Positions 18,572-27,492 of a stretch of 35,267 nt of DNA are shown here, one piece after another; position 1 is the stretch's first letter; the number at the start of each line of letters is the position of its first letter. Position numbers and translations under genes: made by a program. The notes beneath the pieces are model-generated. The model was not told the origin of the DNA. It saw only the letters and a program-made list of their open reading frames with translations, and did not search any database. The stretch spans positions 1 through 35,267 of the forward strand of contig CAYNOY010000006.1 in assembly GCA_964399015.1 (NCBI GenBank), read 5' to 3'. The DNA comes from Candidatus Woesearchaeota archaeon. Its GTDB lineage: Archaea; Nanobdellota; Nanobdellia; Pacearchaeales; GW2011-AR1.

Positions 18572-19306
18572 TTAATTTCTTCTGTCCAAATAATCAAGGA
18601 CTTCCCTTAAACTAGAGATAGGAGGATTTCCTGATTTTTGATATCTGCAAATTTTCTCAAACTCTCTTTCAAGAATCTCTTTTCTAAGTCCCCTTTCAAT
18701 GCCCTGAGAATGAACCACATTTTCATTCCAATTCAAAGGTTCTCCAGGTCTACTATATAATTTTAAACCCGTAGCTCCTTCTTGAAGCAATATACTTATA
18801 TCAGAAATATATGAACGAACTTGGTGAAATGGGGGAGAAGTAATGCAAACAGTTTCAATTCCTTGTTGCCTACAAAAATTAATTAATCCTCTTGCTTCAG
18901 TGTTAGTATTAAGATAGGTGTAATCAAAACTGGGTTCTATCACTAAAATATCTTCTTTTTTAACTCCTAACTCCCTAAGATTTCTCTTCCAATGTTTAAA
19001 CCCTAAATAACCTACCATTGTTCCATCATTACCTGGTTTTAATTTTCTTCTTATTTTATCAGCAAGGGAGGGATTTTTTTCGGTATACTTTTCATTCATC
19101 TCTTCAAAAACAGATGCATCAACTCCAGTTATTCCAACTTTAGAAGTAAAACCACTTGAATAAAGTTTTGCCCCTGTATGAAAACAAGAAGATTCATTAT
19201 CTTTTGTCTCTGCATGGAGAAAAGTTAAATCAACGCTTTCGGGAATATTATCACATAAGATTCTATTCACAATTTCAAACCATTCACCAATATTTTCTGA
19301 AGTCAT
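18572..19306 (-). CDS. YdcF/DUF218 (SanA/ElyC-like) family protein
   Basis: ITG, LRELGV..EDI, NTNTEA and ITSPPFHQVRS match the (S/N)TxE and TSxxHxxR motifs. Confidence 0.7.
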   Translation of the reverse strand: MTSENIGEWFEIVNRILCDNIPESVDLTFLHAETKDNESSCFHTGAKLYSSGFTSKVGITGVDASVFEEMNEKYTEKNPSLADKIRRKLKPGNDGTMVGYLGFKHWKRNLRELGVKKEDILVIEPSFDYTYLNTNTEARGLINFCRQQGIETVCITSPPFHQVRSYISDISILLQEGATGLKLYSRPGEPLNWNENVVHSQGIERGLRKEILEREFEKICRYQKSGNPPISSLREVLDYLDRRN

Positions 19307-19489
19307 TAAGAAATTATAAAAAAATACTATTTAAATGTTGAGGTGTTGAAGGTATTGTGCTAAGTCCAGATATATGCCTTAGAGAACAAAAAATTAGTTG
19401 GTTAGTGATGCAACTGTCAACTATTTTTCGGACACTACACAAGAGATAATGAACACATAAATTTAAAAAATAAGATTAATAAGTAAAAT

Positions 19490-20371
19490 ATGGATAAAGT
19501 TTTAATCATCGTGGTTAATTGGAATGGTGCAGACATCTTAAAAAAATGTTTAAATTCCCTTGATAAAACTGATTATCAGAATTATCAAATAGTTGTTGTA
19601 GATAATAACTCTAATCTTCGCAATGTTAATTATCTTAAAAAAAATAAAAAGGTAATTCCATTATTCTTAGATAAAAATTATGGGTACTGTTATGCGATTA
19701 ACCGTGGAATAGAATATGGTTTAAAGAATGGCTTTAAAATATTTATAAATTTGAATAATGACGCGATTATTCCCCGCAAAAATTGGTTGAAAGAAATTTT
19801 AAAAAATCTAAATCCGAAAAATGTTGGTGCAGTTGGTGTTAAAATCGTTGGATATGACAAAAGGATTCAGGCAGCATGGTATGGAAAAAGGATGATTAAT
19901 CAGATTGATAGGGGGCAGTATGAAGAAGTTAAAGAAGCCTCTGCAGTTTCAGGAGTATTAATCGCCTATAAAAAAGAAACAATTGAAAAAGTGGGTTTTT
20001 TTGATGAAAGGCATTTTTTTGGAGAAGATGATTTAGATTTTTGTTTCAGAGTACGGAAGGGGGGGCTTAAAGTAATTTATGATGGAAAAATAAAGGTTAT
20101 TCATTTCGGCGGCTATAGTTCTAATCTTTCTGGAGGAAAATCTGGGGAACTTTTTAAGAGTATGCAAAAAGGACATTTACTTTTTACATTTACCCATAAG
20201 GGGCTAGGTGCTAAGATAGGATTATTAGCTAAGTTATATTTTGAAATATTTATTACAAAAAAGGATCGATGGGATAAGTTCTCTTTAAAAAATTTAAGAT
20301 TCCATAAAGATTTTATTGAAAGATCCCATATTACCACTCTTGCAGTTTTTGAAACTGTATTTGATATTTAA
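19490..20371 (+). CDS. Family 2 glycosyltransferase (WbbL/rhamnosyltransferase-like)
   Basis: IIVVNWNG, VVDNNS, NYGY..AIN.G, LNND, VGFFDE.HFFGEDDLDFC.R, H.GG.S. Confidence 0.9.
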   Translation: MDKVLIIVVNWNGADILKKCLNSLDKTDYQNYQIVVVDNNSNLRNVNYLKKNKKVIPLFLDKNYGYCYAINRGIEYGLKNGFKIFINLNNDAIIPRKNWLKEILKNLNPKNVGAVGVKIVGYDKRIQAAWYGKRMINQIDRGQYEEVKEASAVSGVLIAYKKETIEKVGFFDERHFFGEDDLDFCFRVRKGGLKVIYDGKIKVIHFGGYSSNLSGGKSGELFKSMQKGHLLFTFTHKGLGAKIGLLAKLYFEIFITKKDRWDKFSLKNLRFHKDFIERSHITTLAVFETVFDI

Positions 20372-20382
20372 ATTATCTCGGA

Positions 20383-21513
20383 TTATTTTCTTTTTAATAA
20401 GAATTTTGGATTTTTTAAAATAAGGGGTATAAGGGGATAGACTGATGAATTTATACTCCATGAGACTCCCCAGGTATTTAGGCATCCCTCACAACATTTA
20501 ATTTTATTTCTTATTTGTTTTGCATTTTCTGATTTCCAAATTTTACTTGGAGCATCATTTTTAACATTTCCTGCACTTAAATTGGAAAGCTTTAAGCAAG
20601 GAGTTACATCCCCATTATATCTCAAAAGAAAAAAGGTATTCATGGCATAACACTTAAATTTATATTTATATTTTAAAGATTTTATTACGAACCTATGATA
20701 AATTGAATCTGGAAATTTTTTAATGCTTAAAATAAGATCTTCTATCTTTTGGTCGACATTATTTAAATTTGTATAAAATGAGCCTTCTTCATACATTTGA
20801 GCTATAAGATCTATGTCGTATTTTTTCGCATGAGCAATCATTTCATCTGCAAAATTTTTAGTTAATTCTGATAATGTAAATCCTATAGTATAATCTATTT
20901 TACCTGTTTCTTTTTTTAATTTTTTTAATTTCTTTAATAAGTAATCTGCTTTTTCGAAATTTCCTGGAACCCCCCTCATATCATCGTGATGTTTCCCAAT
21001 TCCATCCATTGAAATACCTACAAGTAAATTTATATCATTTTCGATTGAAAATCTGCATATATCTAAGACCTTATCTGGAAGAAGTGCATTTGTAGAGAAA
21101 GCAAAGGTTGCTTTAGGAATACGATTATGGATCTCTTGAAGTATTTCTTTTATGTCCTGCCTTAAAACTGGTTCTCCTCCGGTTATATTAAAAAACTCAA
21201 CCTCACTAAAAAGTGGATCGCTAAATGTTTTAACTATCTCTTCAGTAGTCAAACAGCGGTCTTTATTTTTAGTATTCCAGATATTGCAATGTTTACATCT
21301 CGAATTACACTTATCAGTTACTTCAAATACTATTAATCTAGGTTTGACTCTTCCGTCGCCATGTTTTCTCGCTGAAATATGTTTAAGAGCTGAAAAGGCA
21401 TGTTTAAGCCTAGATATCTTAAAATAATATTTAGGTTTTTCTATTTTACCTCCAGATTCTTCTCTTGCAGAGACATATTCAGAATCTGAAAAATCATTTT
21501 TAATTCTTGACAT
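20383..21513 (-). CDS. Radical SAM protein with SPASM/twitch domain
   Basis: CNSRCKHC, TGGEP, STN, ISMDG..HDDMRG; C-terminal C...NGDVTPC...GN...IW...CEGC; overlaps the upstream gene by 14 nt. Confidence 0.88.
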   Translation of the reverse strand: MSRIKNDFSDSEYVSAREESGGKIEKPKYYFKISRLKHAFSALKHISARKHGDGRVKPRLIVFEVTDKCNSRCKHCNIWNTKNKDRCLTTEEIVKTFSDPLFSEVEFFNITGGEPVLRQDIKEILQEIHNRIPKATFAFSTNALLPDKVLDICRFSIENDINLLVGISMDGIGKHHDDMRGVPGNFEKADYLLKKLKKLKKETGKIDYTIGFTLSELTKNFADEMIAHAKKYDIDLIAQMYEEGSFYTNLNNVDQKIEDLILSIKKFPDSIYHRFVIKSLKYKYKFKCYAMNTFFLLRYNGDVTPCLKLSNLSAGNVKNDAPSKIWKSENAKQIRNKIKCCEGCLNTWGVSWSINSSVYPLIPLILKNPKFLLKRK

Positions 21514-22993
21514 TTTGAAATAATTTCCTTAATAATTGATTATGAAAATTTCGTTTAAACAATATATTGGGATTTCTAATAATATGGAGGATTATATTTT
21601 TAAATCTTTCCATAGGGTGCCTTGTTTCACGAATGCCTTTTAGTTGTAATTTTTTTATCTCTTCTTTTGTCCATTCTGGAGTCTCGATTAGAGGTTCATT
21701 TGCAGAAAGTTTATCGACTTCAATAGATTTTATGTACCCTTTTTTAATTGCAGTAAGATAGAGTTCTGATCCTGGGATAGGAGTTGCTATATTAAAACCT
21801 ATATCCGTTACACCTAATTTTTTGATTTCTTTTGCAAATTCAATTGTTTTTAATATCTCGCCCTTAGTCTCTCCAGGCATACCTATAACAAAAGAGGCAT
21901 CAACAATTATTTTATATTTTCTCAATAATTTAATTGCCTCAATGACTTTTGAAAGGTCCATATTCTTTTTTATGATTTCTTTTAAAACTCTATTTGACCC
22001 TGACTCTGGAGCAACAAAAACCCTCCTACAACCAGATTCTTTCATTTTCTTTACAGTTTCTTCGTCTAAAGTATCTGCCCTAATCCCATTTGGAGCACTC
22101 CAGGTGAATTTTAGGTTTCTTTTTTTTATTTCGTCCGCTATTTTTTGAAATCTTATTCTATCGAATGTTAAATTATCGTCTTCGAAGTTAATGTGTTTAA
22201 CCTTATGTTTTTTTATTAGCTCTTCTATTTCATCCACCACATTTATTGGACCTCTAGCTCTGAATTTTCTTCCCATAACTAATCGAACACTACAAAAGGT
22301 GCAACCAAAAGGACAACCTCGACTAGTAATCATGCTCGCCCAGTTTGAATTAAATAGATAACTTTTTCTTGAACCCCTCATAGATTCTGCTGAAGAAAAA
22401 TATTGTTTCATGGGTAAAAGGTTTCTTGTAGGAAATTTAATTTTATCTAGATCTGAGATTAGTTTTCTAGGAGAGTTTATTAATATTTCATTTTTATCTG
22501 ATTTGTATCCAATTCCATCTATATTACTAAAATCTTTTTTTAATTCAATTGCATTTAATAATTCTGGAAATGTTTCCTCTCCTTCTCTGATTACAATGAA
22601 ATCGACGTCATTGATTTTAAGTAATTCTTTTGGTCTGACCGAGGCACCAGGACCTCCTAAAACTGTGTAAATTTTTTTGTTGATTTTTTTTACTATGGAT
22701 GCTATTTCTAAACTTTTTTTTTCAACCACTGAAAAAGGGAGGGTTATTCCAACAATATCTGGATTAAAATCAATTATTTTATTAGAAATTTCTTCTAGAC
22801 TTAAACCCATACAATATTTGTTATTATTTTCAGCAACTTGATTCCATGCTTCGGCATTTGCATCTATGATTTTAACTGTATGATCTCTCTGGATTACTGC
22901 TGCAATGTAGGCAATGCCGAGAGGTTGAAAAACCGTGGGGATTCCCCATTTTTTAGGTACTTCCATAGGGGGGTTAATTAGTAGGACATTCAT
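21500..22993 (-). CDS. B12-binding-domain radical SAM enzyme
   Basis: LLINPP, PLGIAYIAA, LGGP, IREGEETF, SRGCPFGCTFC, EDDN, ESGS, IGMPGET. Confidence 0.92.
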   Translation of the reverse strand: MNVLLINPPMEVPKKWGIPTVFQPLGIAYIAAVIQRDHTVKIIDANAEAWNQVAENNNKYCMGLSLEEISNKIIDFNPDIVGITLPFSVVEKKSLEIASIVKKINKKIYTVLGGPGASVRPKELLKINDVDFIVIREGEETFPELLNAIELKKDFSNIDGIGYKSDKNEILINSPRKLISDLDKIKFPTRNLLPMKQYFSSAESMRGSRKSYLFNSNWASMITSRGCPFGCTFCSVRLVMGRKFRARGPINVVDEIEELIKKHKVKHINFEDDNLTFDRIRFQKIADEIKKRNLKFTWSAPNGIRADTLDEETVKKMKESGCRRVFVAPESGSNRVLKEIIKKNMDLSKVIEAIKLLRKYKIIVDASFVIGMPGETKGEILKTIEFAKEIKKLGVTDIGFNIATPIPGSELYLTAIKKGYIKSIEVDKLSANEPLIETPEWTKEEIKKLQLKGIRETRHPMERFKNIILHIIRNPNILFKRNFHNQLLRKLFQNVKN

Positions 22994-23096
22994 TTTAGTT
23001 TAGATTTAATTAAATTTTTAACCAAATTTATTGGGTTTTATTCTTTCTGAAATTCTAATGGACATTTATTTAAGGTTATTTAAGAGTTATTTTTAA

Positions 23097-24569
23097 TTAC
23101 CATTCAGTATTACTGGACCTTCTTGAGGTTAATAAATTCCAATATAAGCTTCCTATTGCTTTTTTTATTAGTGGAGTTAAACCATAAATCTTAATGTAAC
23201 TTTCATATTTTTCAATAGGTAAATAGTCTTTAATCCAAGGTAGATTTGATACATCTCCAGAGATATATAGGGGCGTATCTGACCATTCTCTAAATGTTTT
23301 TGGTTCGTCTAAACCTCCCTTTATACACTGAGGATATAATTTAGAACCTGGAAATGGTCTAAACAAATGAGGTCCAACAATTAAAGATTTGGGGTGTATT
23401 TTTTTTGTCTTTCGCATTAAGTTGTATGTCTCTTGTCTCTCTTTGTGCTGTTCACCTGGAATGCAAGTCATAAAATTATATGCAGTCCATATATCTAAAT
23501 CTTTTAATATTTTTATTGATTTTAGTGATTGTTCTATGGTTATTCCTTTGTTCAATACTTTGAGTATTTTATCAGAACCACTTTCAACTCCGAGTATTGT
23601 TTCACTCCAACCGGATTTTTTAAATGTTTCTAAATAACTTTTTGGTGTATTTAATAATGTATCAATACGAATTGTGGCTAAGTAATTAATATTAAAATCA
23701 TCTTTGATAAGTCTTTTTGAGACGTCTAATGAATGTTCTTTATTTAAAAATGCGTTATCATCTTCAAAATAAACATAATCAAATTTGTATTTTTCTTTTA
23801 AGATACTTAGTTCTTCTATTACTTGATTTGAAGTTTTAGATCTCCATCCCCTATTTTGTGGAAGAATATCATTTACACAAAAAGAACATTTAAATGGACA
23901 TCCTCTTGTTGTGAGATAATCTAACCCGATTGTTTTTTTCTCAGAGTAATAGGGAGTCCATGGGAGATACTTTTCCATATCAAATAAATGATATGCAGGA
24001 ATTGGACTTTTTCTAATATTGAAGGGTTCTCCGAGGGGATTAGTTATTACCTGATTATTTTTCTTATAAGTTAGCCCTTTAATCTTATTATAAGACTTTT
24101 TTTCTTCTAATGCAGTTACTAATTCACATAAAGGATATTCTCCATCACCTGAGATTACAAAGTCTATATCTTTATCCTTGCAAGTTTGTTTTGGAAATAA
24201 AGTAGGATGAATGCCACCCACCACAATATAAACATTTGAATTTACTTCTTTTATTAGATTAATTATTTCTACAGTTTGAGTAATGTAGGGGGTGGTCACT
24301 GAAATACCGATTAATAGATTTGTGTTTTTAATTCTTTCTTTCAATATCTTAATGTAGTTTTCACGCCCATTAGAATAATATAATCTACAATCAAATATAT
24401 CCACCTTATAATTTAGGTCATCTAAAACAGTTGCTAAGGATAATAAATTTTGAGGTACTCTAGTGCATTTTGTTTTTATAGCATAAGATTTGCTATCTAG
24501 TTCTTTCTCTGGTTTATTATACAGCTCTGGAAGTCCTATTGGTGGTTGAATTAGTAATATGTCGTTCAT
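23097..24569 (-). CDS. B12-binding-domain radical SAM enzyme
   Basis: LLIQPP, GGIHPT, GDGE, TRGCPFKCSFC, EDDN, GVESGS, PGE, PFPGS. Confidence 0.92.
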   Translation of the reverse strand: MNDILLIQPPIGLPELYNKPEKELDSKSYAIKTKCTRVPQNLLSLATVLDDLNYKVDIFDCRLYYSNGRENYIKILKERIKNTNLLIGISVTTPYITQTVEIINLIKEVNSNVYIVVGGIHPTLFPKQTCKDKDIDFVISGDGEYPLCELVTALEEKKSYNKIKGLTYKKNNQVITNPLGEPFNIRKSPIPAYHLFDMEKYLPWTPYYSEKKTIGLDYLTTRGCPFKCSFCVNDILPQNRGWRSKTSNQVIEELSILKEKYKFDYVYFEDDNAFLNKEHSLDVSKRLIKDDFNINYLATIRIDTLLNTPKSYLETFKKSGWSETILGVESGSDKILKVLNKGITIEQSLKSIKILKDLDIWTAYNFMTCIPGEQHKERQETYNLMRKTKKIHPKSLIVGPHLFRPFPGSKLYPQCIKGGLDEPKTFREWSDTPLYISGDVSNLPWIKDYLPIEKYESYIKIYGLTPLIKKAIGSLYWNLLTSRRSSNTEW

Positions 24570-24761
24570 TTTTATTCTCTTATCATTTCTAATTTTGTTT
24601 TATCTTCTCGCTCTTTTTTTAGATTTTAATTCATTCTGTTTTTATATCTAATTTTCTTAAAATTGATCCTACAAATCTATTTTAAATCCCATTGTACGTC
24701 TTTAATTATATATTTGATTAGGTTTTTAAACATTTCTGGGGTAGATTGAACACAAAAACGT

Positions 24762-25868
24762 TCATTTTTCTTTTAAGGCTTTTTCAACTTTATTTACTAC
24801 TTTTTCCCAGGTAAATTTCTTACCTGTGATTAAACTTTGATCTCTTAATTTATGGTATAAATTTTCGTCATTTAATAATTTAATTGCAGATTTGGCTAAT
24901 TTTTCAGAAGATTTTATTGGAACAATTAAACAATTAAAATTATCTTTTGCAAAATCATTAATTCCACCTGAATCTGCAATAACTGAAGGAGTTCCACAGG
25001 CCATAGCCTCTAAGGGTGGTAGCCCATAACCTTCTAAATGTGCTGCATATAATAATAAATAGCTTTCAGAATATAATCTTGCTAATTTGAGGTCATTTTC
25101 TATGGGAGATATCAACTCCAAATTATTTAATTTTATCTCCGAATCTCTAAATGCCTTCTTTATGTTTTTCATGCGCCCTATAATTCTAAATCCTATATTA
25201 GGGATTTCTTTTTGTATGATCTTAAATGCCTCTAATAACTCCTTGTCTCCCTTCCAGTCTAAACCCCGAATAAATCCTAATAATAATTTTTTATTTTTAT
25301 TTGCAGAGGGTTTAAAAGTTGATTGATCTACTGCATTTCCAACATGAATTGATTCGTTTCCAGTTGTTTCATAAACAAAATCCTTTAACCATTTGGAAAC
25401 TACGATTGGTTTAAGTGGTAAGAAATAAGTGCTTTTAGCCAGCTCGGTACTTTTTTCTAATGACCAGAGTTCTTCATTATGTTGAATATAATAAAACAAA
25501 TTTCCTTTTCCACCTATCATTGTAGAATAGGCGGTTGGATAAAATGTAGCAATTGTTGCATCTGCTGGTGGAATGTTTTCAGACAAATATTGAATCCTAT
25601 TTAACTCGTAAGGATATTTTACTAAGTTTAGTATTTTATTTATTAAAAAAGATACAGATCTTTTACCAAAAAAAGGAACCCATATCAAAGACTTTTTCTC
25701 AAGATAAATCAATTTCATGTTTTTATGGATTTTAAACCAATAGTGAGGTTCATTTAAGGCAATCATATTAATCTTATGCCCCCTTTTTGCCAAACCATAT
25801 GCTACTTCCATTAAAACCCTTAAACCGCCTCCCTTTCCAGTTCCCCATAGAACAAAGTTGATTATCAT
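24762..25868 (-). CDS. Family 4 (GT-B) glycosyltransferase
   Basis: GGGLRV, ATFYPTA, WKG, EGYGLPPLEAMACG. Start reassigned to ATG 25868 because CTTATATA begins 29 nt upstream of it; the track start is GTG 25874. Confidence 0.9.
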   Translation of the reverse strand: MIINFVLWGTGKGGGLRVLMEVAYGLAKRGHKINMIALNEPHYWFKIHKNMKLIYLEKKSLIWVPFFGKRSVSFLINKILNLVKYPYELNRIQYLSENIPPADATIATFYPTAYSTMIGGKGNLFYYIQHNEELWSLEKSTELAKSTYFLPLKPIVVSKWLKDFVYETTGNESIHVGNAVDQSTFKPSANKNKKLLLGFIRGLDWKGDKELLEAFKIIQKEIPNIGFRIIGRMKNIKKAFRDSEIKLNNLELISPIENDLKLARLYSESYLLLYAAHLEGYGLPPLEAMACGTPSVIADSGGINDFAKDNFNCLIVPIKSSEKLAKSAIKLLNDENLYHKLRDQSLITGKKFTWEKVVNKVEKALKEK

Positions 25869-26040
25869 ATTCACCGAAAAATAATCGAGTATATAAGTTT
25901 TATTGAGGTAACTACGTTTTTATAGGATAATAATTATGCTCATTAGGCCTTATTTATTTGGATTATTCGATTATAAAAACTGAGATACCTAGATATTTAA
26001 AATCGGTAATCTTTAAAAACCCTTTTGGGTTAATTTTTTT

Positions 26041-27033
26041 ATGATAGTTTTAGTCACGGGGGGATGCGGATTCATTGGGTCGAATTTTATAGACTACTTA
26101 CTTCAGAGTTCTGAAATAAAAAATATTAACTTAATTATAAATGTGGATAAAGAAACCTATGCGGCCCAGGGGAAAAATATAGAGCATTTAAATTTACATT
26201 TAAATCCAAAATATAAATTTATTAGGGCAGATATCTGTGACAATTTTCAAATGCAAAAAATCTTTCAAAGATATGGTCCTGATTTGGTTTTTAATTTTGC
26301 AGCAGAAAGTCATGTTGATAGAAGTATAGAATCTTCAAATGAGTTTGTAATAACTAATGTTCTTGGTACTATCAATTTATTGCATACTGTTAAAAAATTT
26401 AAGGTTAAAAAATTTATACAAATATCTACTGATGAGGTTTATGGGAGTATAAAAAATGGAAGTTTTCATGAAAACTCTCCCCTTAATTCTTCAAGTCCCT
26501 ACTCTGCTAGTAAAACTTCTGCAGAACATTTTGCTATTTCTTATTTTAAAACACATAATGTTCCAATAATAATAACTAGAAGTGCAAATAATTATGGACC
26601 TTATCAATTTCCAGAAAAATTGCTCCCATTATTTATTATAAATTTAATCAAAGATAAAAAGGTCCCCTTAATGTGGTCTGATGAAAATCCTGGGATTAAT
26701 GTAAGGGATTGGCTCCATGTTAAGGACAATTGTCGTGCAATTTGGTTTCTTTCTCAGAATGGGCAAGTGGGGGAGATTTATAATATCCCTGGAGAAAACG
26801 AGCGCACCAATATAGAGCTTACAAAAATGATACTAACCTATTTTAATTATGGAGAAGAAATGATTGAAAGAGTTCCGCATAGGAGTGGACATGATTTTAG
26901 GTACTCTATTACTGGAGACAAATTAAAAAATCTTGGATTTAAATATAATCATACGGATTTAAAGAAAGAGATAAATGAATTGTGTGAGTGGTATGCAAAA
27001 AATGAGTCTTGGTGGAAACCATTGGGAGTTTAA
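26041..27033 (+). CDS. rmlB: dTDP-glucose 4,6-dehydratase
   Basis: TGGCGFIG, AAESHVDRSI, STDEVYG, PYSASK, NNYGPYQFPEK, RDWLHV, GHDFRY; TATA-like box at 26012. Confidence 0.95.
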   Translation: MIVLVTGGCGFIGSNFIDYLLQSSEIKNINLIINVDKETYAAQGKNIEHLNLHLNPKYKFIRADICDNFQMQKIFQRYGPDLVFNFAAESHVDRSIESSNEFVITNVLGTINLLHTVKKFKVKKFIQISTDEVYGSIKNGSFHENSPLNSSSPYSASKTSAEHFAISYFKTHNVPIIITRSANNYGPYQFPEKLLPLFIINLIKDKKVPLMWSDENPGINVRDWLHVKDNCRAIWFLSQNGQVGEIYNIPGENERTNIELTKMILTYFNYGEEMIERVPHRSGHDFRYSITGDKLKNLGFKYNHTDLKKEINELCEWYAKNESWWKPLGV

Positions 27034-27492
27034 ATGATCGAAGGAATCAGGATAAAAAAAGTGAAGGTTAACGAAGATGAAAGGGGTAATTTTAGAGAGA
27101 TTATTAGGTGTGATGAGAATATGATGGATGATGTAAAACAAGTTTCTGTTGGAAAAACTAAGCCCGGAATAATAAAAGCATTTCACTGTCATAAGAATCA
27201 GGACGATCTATTCCATGTATTAAGGGGTAATCTTCTTGTTGTCTTATATGATGGCAGAGAAGATTCTAAAACAAATGGAGAAACTCAAACAATCTTTTTA
27301 GGAGAATCTTATGAGCCTCAGATTGTTTTTATTCCTCGAGGAGTTTTTCATGGGTATAAGGTCTTAGGTGAAAAATCTGCTGAAGTTTTATACCTAATGA
27401 ATACGGTATATAATCATGAGAACCCAGATGAATTAAGGATTGATTTTAAAGATCCTTCAATAAACTTTAATTGGGACAAATATGGGAATTAA
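27034..27492 (+). CDS. rmlC: dTDP-4-dehydrorhamnose 3,5-epimerase family (RmlC/SpsL-like cupin)
   Basis: DERGNFRE, IKAFH.H..Q.D, D.R.DS.T.G, IP.GVFHG; follows rmlB directly. Confidence 0.88.
   Translation: MIEGIRIKKVKVNEDERGNFREIIRCDENMMDDVKQVSVGKTKPGIIKAFHCHKNQDDLFHVLRGNLLVVLYDGREDSKTNGETQTIFLGESYEPQIVFIPRGVFHGYKVLGEKSAEVLYLMNTVYNHENPDELRIDFKDPSINFNWDKYGN

Noticed and set aside
17492-21513. RiPP biosynthetic cluster suggested by SPASM radical SAM enzymes
   Set aside because: No precursor peptide, PqqD/RRE domain, peptidase or ABC exporter was seen, and the context is glycosylation.
22994-24761. Tiny minus-strand ORFs in the spacers 22994-23096 (MSIRISERIKPNKFG) and 24570-24761 (MGFKIDL)
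   Set aside because: They are too short, have no motif, and lack a TATA box at the characteristic spacing.
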